A stretch of DNA of 64,000 bases from the human T2T-CHM13v2.0 reference genome, Homo sapiens. The stretch lies in NCBI RefSeq assembly GCF_009914755.1, contig NC_060948.1; one strand, written 5' to 3'. The position numbers and the translations under genes are program-made. The notes under the pieces were generated by a model. That model made no database searches, was not told the DNA's origin, and was given only the letters and a program-made list of their open reading frames with translations. Of this stretch, positions 56,966 through 64,000 are shown in pieces; position 1 is the first letter of the stretch, and every line of letters begins with the position of its first letter.

Positions 56966-59900
56966 GAATTCATTGGAATGGAAGGGAATGTAGTGTAATG
57001 GACAGGCCTGGAATAAAGTGGAATGCTACGGTCTCGAATGGAATAAAAATGTATGGAATGGAATGCAATGAAACGGAATCGAATGTCATAGAATGTAATG
57101 GAATGCAAAAAAATGGAATCCAAAATCATTGACTGGAAAGGCTGGGTGTCGAAAGGAATTGACTCCAATGGAATGGAATCGAATGGAATGGAAGTGAATA
57201 GAATCGAACTAAATCGAATGGAATGGAATTGATAGGAATGGAATGGAAAGGAATGCAATGATTTGGCATGGAATGGAATCGAATGGCATCGAATGGAATG
57301 GAATGGAATGCAATGGAATGGAATGTATTAGAATGTAATGAACTTTAATGGAATGTACTCGAATGGATTCGACTGGAATGGAATGTTCTGGAAGTGAATG
57401 GACTCCAATGGAATGGATTCAAAAGGAATGGAATCGTACGGAATGGAATCTAATGGAATGGAATTAAATGGAAATGAATCAAATTGAATAGCACGGAATT
57501 GAATTGAATGGAATGGAATGCAATGGAATCTAATGAAACGGAAAGGAAAGGAATGGAATGGAATGGAATGGGCTGGAATGGAAAGGAATCGAAACGAATG
57601 GAATGGAATCGAAGTGAAGAGACTGGAATGGAATGCACTGGAATGGAAGGGAGTGTAATGGAAGGTTCTCGAAAAAAATGGAATCGAATGGAATGGAATT
57701 GAATGGAAGGGAATAGAGTCGAATGGAATTGAATGGAATGGAATGGACTAGAGTGAAATGGAATCGAACCACAAGGAATGGACAGGAATAGAATGGTCTC
57801 GAATTGAATGGAATCGTATGGAATGGCATCAAACGGAATGGAATGGACAGCCACGGAATGGAATGCACTCGAATGCAATGGAGTCGAAACTAACGGACTG
57901 GAATAGAATGGACTCGACTGGTACGGACTCCAATGGAATGGAATCGAATGGAAGGGAATCGAACGGAAGGGAATCGAACAGAATGGACTCGAAGGGAAAA
58001 GACTGCAATGGAAAGGTCTCGAATGGAATGGAAATTAATGGAATGGAATGGAATCGAATGAAATGGAGTCAAAAGGAATGGAATCGAATGGCAATAAATC
58101 GAATGTTATGGAATCGCAAGGAATTGATGTGAACGGAACGGAATGGAATGGAATCCAAAGGAATGGAATAGAATGGAATGGAATCGAATGGAAAGGACTC
58201 GAATGGAAATCACTCGAATAGAATGCAATTTAATAAAATAGGATCAAATGTAATGGAATGGAATGGAAAGGAATAGAAACGAAAGGAATGGAGACAGATG
58301 GAATGGAATAGAACAGAGAGCAATGGTATAGAATGGAATGGAATCATCTGGAATGGAATTGAATGGAATGGAATAATATGAAATGGAATGGAATGGAATG
58401 GAATGGAATGCCCTTGAATTAAAAGGACTGGAATGGAATGGACTCGAACAGAGTGGAATGGAAAGTGTTGAGATAGAATGGAATGGACTCCTTTGGAATG
58501 GTCTAGTATGCAATGCAATCGACTGGCAGGGAATCAAAAGGAATGTAATGGAATGGATTGGACTGGAATCCAATGGACTCGAATAGATTGGAAACGGAAT
58601 GCAAAGGAATGGAATGGAATAGTATGGAATGGAATGGAAAGGAATGGAGTGGAATAGACTAGAGTGGAAAGGAATGGACTGGAAAGCAATGGACTGGAAT
58701 GGAACTTTGTTGAATGGACTGGAATCAAACGGAATGGAATGCAATGCAATCAAATGGCATGGAATAAAATAGAATGAAAGAGAATCAAATGGAATTGAAT
58801 CGAATGGAATCGAATGGATTGGAAAGGAATAGAATGGAATGGAATGGAATTGACTCAAATGGAATGGACTAGAATGGAATGGATTCGAATGGAAGGCAAA
58901 GGAATGGAATCTATTGGAATGGACTGTAATGGAATGGAATGGAAGGGATTGGAATGGACTCGAATGGAATGGACTGCAATAGAAAGGATTCGAATGGAAT
59001 GAAAAAGAATTGAATGGAATAGTACAGAATGGAATCAAATCGAATGAAATGGAATGGAATAGAAAGGAATGGAATGAAATGGAATGGAAAGGATTCGAAT
59101 GGAATGCAATCGAATGGAATGGAATCGAACGGAATGGAATAAAATGGAAGAAAACTGGCAAGAAATGGAATCGAAATGAATGGAGTGTTATGGAACGGAC
59201 TCAAAAGGAATTGAATGTAATAGAATGGAGTGGAGTGGACTCGAATATAATGGACTGGAATGGAGTGAAATCACATGGAATGGGAACGAATGGAATGGAA
59301 TGGAAAGGAATGGAATCGAATGGAAAGGAATCGAATGGAAGGGAATGAAATTGAATCAACAGGAATGGGAGGGAATAGAATAGATTGTAATGGAATGGAC
59401 TCGAATAGAATGGACACGAATGCTCAAATTAAATGGACTCGAATGGAATGGAAACGAAAGGAATGTCATCGAATGGAATTGAATCGATTGGAATGAAATC
59501 GCATAGAATGGAGTGGAATCAAATGGAATTGAATCGAAAGGAAAGGAAGCGAATGGACTGAAATGAAATGGAATGGAATTGAATGGAAAGTAATGCAATG
59601 GAATAGAGTGGAACGAAATTTCACGGAATGGAATCAAACTGAATGGAGTCAAATCAATGGAATCAAATCAAATGGAATGGAAAGGAATTGAATGGAGTAG
59701 ATGGGATTGGATGGGATTGGAATGAAATGTACTGGAAAGGACTCGAATTTCATGAAACGGAATGGAATGAATTGGAACGGAATGGACTCGAATGGAATGG
59801 AATGTCATGGAATGGCATCAAATGGAATGGCATCAAATGGAATGGAATCGAATGCAATGGAATGCTATGGAATGGAATGGAATGTATTGGAATGGAATGT

Positions 59901-60544
59901 CCTCTAATGGAATGGATTCGAGTGGAATGGAATGGAATATAATGGAGTCGAATGAAATGGAATTGAAAGGAATGGGATCGAATACAATGGAATATACTGG
60001 AATGTAACGTAATGAACTCGAATGTAATTGACTGGAATGGAATGTACATGAATGGAATGTAATCGAATGGAAAGTAGTCCAATGGAATAGAATCTAATGC
60101 AATAAAATCGACTCAGATAGAGTAGAATGTAATGGAATGGAGTGCAGTGCAATGGAATGGAATGGAATGGAATGCAATGGAATGGAATGGAATGGAATGG
60201 AATGGAATGGAATGGAATGGGATGGAATGGTATGGAATGGATAGTAATGGACTGGAGTGAAATGGACTGGAAAGGAATGGACTCAAATTGAAAGGTCTCG
60301 AAAGGAATGGAGTCAAATGGAATGGTCTGGAATGGAATGAACACGAATGTAATGCAATCCAATAGAATGGAATCGAATGGCATGGAATATAAAGAAATGG
60401 AATCGAAGAGAATGGAAACAAATGGAATGAAATTGAATGGAATGGAATTGAATGGAATGTGAACGAATGGAGTGAAATTGTATGCAGTAGAAGAGAATAG
60501 AATGGAATGCAAGCCAAAGGAAAGGAATGGATTGGAATGGAATG
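56966..60544 (+). repeat. Unit U17, 3579 bp, divergent mosaic
   Basis: GCAAAGGAAT is intact (58601). Many private substitutions (GCAATAAATC 58091, AGTACAG 59021, AAGCCAAAGG 60511). Confidence 0.88.
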
Positions 60545-63500
60545 GAATTCATTGGAATGGAAGGGAATGTAGTGTAATGGACAGGCCTGGAATAAAGTGG
60601 AATGCTACGATCTCGAATGGAATAAAAATGTATGGAATGGAATGCAATGAAACGGAATCGAATGTCATAGAATGTAATGGAATGCAAAAAAATGGAATCC
60701 AAAATCATTGAATGGAAAGGCTGGGTGTCGAAAGGAATTGACTCCAATGGAATGGAATCGAATGGAATGGAAGTGAATAGAATCGAACTAAATCGAATGG
60801 AATGGAATTGATAGGAACGGAATGGAAAGGATTGCAATGATTTGGCATGGAATGGAATCGAATGGCATCGAATGGAATGGAATGGAATGCAATGGAATGG
60901 AATGTATTAGAATGTAATGAACTTTAATGGAATGTACTCGAATGGATTCGACTGGAATGGAATGTTCTGGAAGTGAATGGACTCCAATGGAATGGATTCA
61001 AAAGGAATGGAATCGTACGGAATGGAATCTAATGGAATGGAATTAAATGGAAATGAATCAAATTGAATAGCACGGAATTGAATTGAATGGAATGGAATGC
61101 AATGGAATCTAATGAAACGGAAAGGAAAGGAATGGAATGGAATGGAATGGGCTGGAATGGAAAGGAATCGAAACGAATGGAATGGAATCGAACTGAAGAG
61201 ACTGGAATGGAATGCACTGGAATGGAAGGGAGTGTAATGGAAGGTTCTCGAAAAAGATGGAATCGAATGGAATGCAATTGAATGGAACGGAATAGAGTCG
61301 AATGGAATTGAATGGAATGGAATGGACTAGAGTGAAATGGAATCGAACCACAAGGAATGGACAGGAATAGAATGGTCTCGAATTGAATGGAATCGTATGG
61401 AATGGCATCAAACGGAATGGAATGGACAGCCACGGAATGGAATGCACTCGAATGCAATGGAGTCGAAACTAATGGACTGGAATAGAATGGACTCGACTGG
61501 TACGGACTCCAATGGAATGGAATCGAATGGAAGGGAATCGAACGGAATGGACTCGAAGGGAAAAGACTGCAATGGAAAGGTCTCGAATGGAATGGAAATT
61601 AATGGAATGGAATGGAATCGAATGAAATGGAGTCAAAAGGAATGGAATCGAATGGCAAGAAATCGAATGTAATGGAATCGCAAGGAATTGATGTGAACGG
61701 AACGGAATGGAATGGAATCCAAAGGAATGGAATAGAATGGAATGGAATCGAATGGAAAGGACTCGAATGGAAATCACTCCAATAGAATGCAATTTAATAA
61801 AATAGGATCAAATGTAATAGAATGGAATGGAAAGGAATCGAAACGGAAGGAATGGAGACAGATGGAATGGAATGGAACAGAGAGCAATGGTATAGAATGG
61901 AATGGAATCATCTGGAATGGAATTGAATGGAATGGAATAATATGAAATGGAATGGAATGGAATGGAATGGAATGCCCTTGAATTAAATGGACTGGACTCG
62001 AACAGAGTGGAATGGAAAGTGTTGAGATAGAATGGAATGGACTCCTTTGGAATGGTGTAGTATGCAATGCAATCGACTGGCAGGGAATCAAAAGGAATGT
62101 AATCGAATGGATTGGACTGGAATGCAATGGAATCGAATAGATTGGAAACGGAATGCAAAGGAATGGAATGGAATAGTATGGAATGCAATGGGAGGGAATG
62201 GAGTGGAATAGACTAGAGTGGAATGGAATGGACTGGAAAGCAATGGACTGGAATGGAACTTTCTTGGATGGACTGGAATCAAACGGAATGGAATGCAATG
62301 CAATCAAATGGCATGGAATAAAATAGAATGAAAGAGAATCAAATGGAATTGAATCGAATGGAATCGAATGGATTGGAAAGGAATAGAATGGAATGGAATG
62401 GAATTGACTCAAATGGAATGGACTAGAATGGAATGGATTCGAATGGAAGGCAAAGGAATGGAATCTATTGGAATGGACTGTAATGGAATGGAATGGAAGG
62501 GATTGGAATGGACTCGAATGGAATGGACTGCAATAGAAAGGACTCGAATGGAATGAAAAAGAATTGAATGGAATAGAACAGAATGGAATCAAATCGAATG
62601 AAATGGAATGGAATAGAAAGGAATGGAATGAAATGGAATGGAAAGGATTCGAATGGAATGCAATCGAATGGAATGGAATCGAACGGAATGGAATAAAATG
62701 GAAGAAAACTGGCAAGAAATGGAATCGAAATGAATGGAGTGTTATGGAACGGACTCAAAAGGAATTGAATGTAATAGAATGGAGTGGAGTGGACTCGAAT
62801 ATAATAGACTGGAATGGAATGAAATCACATGGAATTGGAACGAATGGAATGGAATGGAAAGGAATGGAATCGAATGGAAAGGAATCGAATGGAAGGGAAT
62901 GAAATTGAATCAACAGGAATGGAAGGGAATAGAATAGACGGTAATGGAATGGACTCGAATAGAATGGACACGAAAGCTCAAATTGAATGGACTCGAATGG
63001 AATGGAAACGAAAGGAATGTCATCGAATGGAATTGAATCGATTGGAATGAAATCGCATAGAATGGAGTGGAATCAAATGGAATTGAATCGAAAGGAAAGG
63101 AAGCGAATGGACTGAAATGAAATGGAATGGAATTGAATGGAAAGTAATGCAATGGAATAGAATGGAACGAAATTTCACGGAATGGAATCAAACTGAATGG
63201 AATCAAATCAATGGAATCAAATCAAATGGAATGGAATGGAATTGAATGGAGTAGATTGGATTGGATGGGATTGGAATGAAATGTACTGGAAAGGACTCGA
63301 ATTTCATGAAACGGAATGGAATGAATTGGAACGGAATGGACTCGAATGGAATGGAATGTCATGGAATGGCATCAAATGGAATGGCATCAAATGGAATGGA
63401 ATCGAATGCAATGGAATGCTATGGAATGGAATGGAATGCATTGGAATGGAATGTCCTCTAATGGAATGGATTCGAGTGGAATGGAATTGAATATAATGGA

Positions 63501-64000
63501 GTCGAATGAAATGGAATTGAAAGGAATGGGATCGAATACAATGGAATATACTGGAATGTAACGTAATGAACTCGAATGTAATTGACTGGAATGGAATGTA
63601 CATGAATGGAATGTAATCGAATGGAAAGTAATCGAATGGAATAGAATCTAATGCAATAAAATCGACTCAGATAGAGTAGAATGTAATGGAATGGAGTGCA
63701 GTGCAATGGAATGGAATGGAATGGAATGCAATGGAATGGAATGGAATGGAATGGAATGGGATGGAATGGTATGGAATGGATAGTAATGGACTGGAGTGAA
63801 ATGGACTGGAAAGGAATGGACTCAAATGGAAAGGGCTCGAAAGGAATGGAGACAAATGGAATGGTCTGGAATGGAATGAACACGAATGTAATGCAATCCA
63901 ATAGAATGGAGTCGAATGGCATGGAATATAAAGAAATGGAATCGAAGAGAATGGAAACAAATGGAATGGAATTGAATGGAATGGAATTGAATGGAATGGG
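60545..64000 (+). repeat. Unit U18 (nearly complete, truncated by the window end), flank type resembling U3/U2
   Basis: EcoRI at 60545. Lacks the 15-bp duplication. U3-specific markers at +53375/53376 bp. (GGAAT)5 tract as in U2. Confidence 0.88.

Larger units (their letters stand above)
1..64000 (+). repeat. DYZ1: Human Satellite III (HSat3) tandem array, (GGAAT)n-derived, most likely DYZ1 (Yq12), ~18 copies of a ~3.55-kb unit
   Basis: GGAAT and variants (CGAAT, TGAAT, GCAAT, GGACT, GGAAA) cover the entire window on the + strand. Landmarks (GGAATTCATTGG, GACAGGCCTGG, GGCTGGGTGTCG, GGACAGCCACGG, GCCCTTGAATT, GACTCAGATAGAG) recur every 3518-3579 bp. The first and last ~50 bp of the window are the same motif 63951 bp apart (18 units, mean ~3553 bp). 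The ~3.56-kb EcoRI/HaeIII period matches the classical DYZ1 unit. HSat3 is certain; DYZ1 is from recall. Confidence 0.93.

Noticed and set aside
1-64000. CRISPR-like or diversity-generating repeat/spacer system
   Set aside because: There are no unique spacers and no cas, reverse transcriptase or recombinase genes. Sequence between landmarks is itself repeated almost identically.
1-64000. HSat2, alpha satellite or telomeric repeat
   Set aside because: There is no HSat2-type CATTCGATTC/GATGAT ~23-26-bp structure, no 171-bp monomer or CENP-B box, and no TTAGGG. The dominant simple GGAAT pentamer indicates HSat3.

Overview
The whole 64-kb window is one uninterrupted tandem array of human Satellite III (HSat3; GGAAT on + / CATTC on -). 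It is organised as about 18 head-to-tail copies of a ~3.55-kb unit, each with one conserved EcoRI site (GAATTC) and a StuI/HaeIII site (AGGCCT) 38 bp downstream. Unit size, pentamer content and these landmark sites fit the Y-chromosome DYZ1 repeat of Yq12 heterochromatin; this assignment is from recall, not from an alignment. I see no credible genes, RNA genes, transposons, CRISPR arrays or inversions. All ORFs in the track are artefacts of translating a 5-bp repeat (MEWNG / IPFHS peptides). I found no new coding or defence system. The real information is in the variation between units: (i) divergent units at both ends that resemble each other, around a younger, more homogeneous core; (ii) two local clades of units; (iii) an apparently exact 3554-bp duplication spanning the clade junction; (iv) an emerging ~7.1-kb dimeric higher-order repeat; (v) short conversion-like patches; (vi) a hypervariable pure (GGAAT)n tract in each unit; (vii) fixed pentamer-register shifts, one of which is compensated in one clade. 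Units U1-U18 are defined EcoRI-to-EcoRI. Variant comparisons were made by eye and from ORF-track offsets, not by computed alignment.
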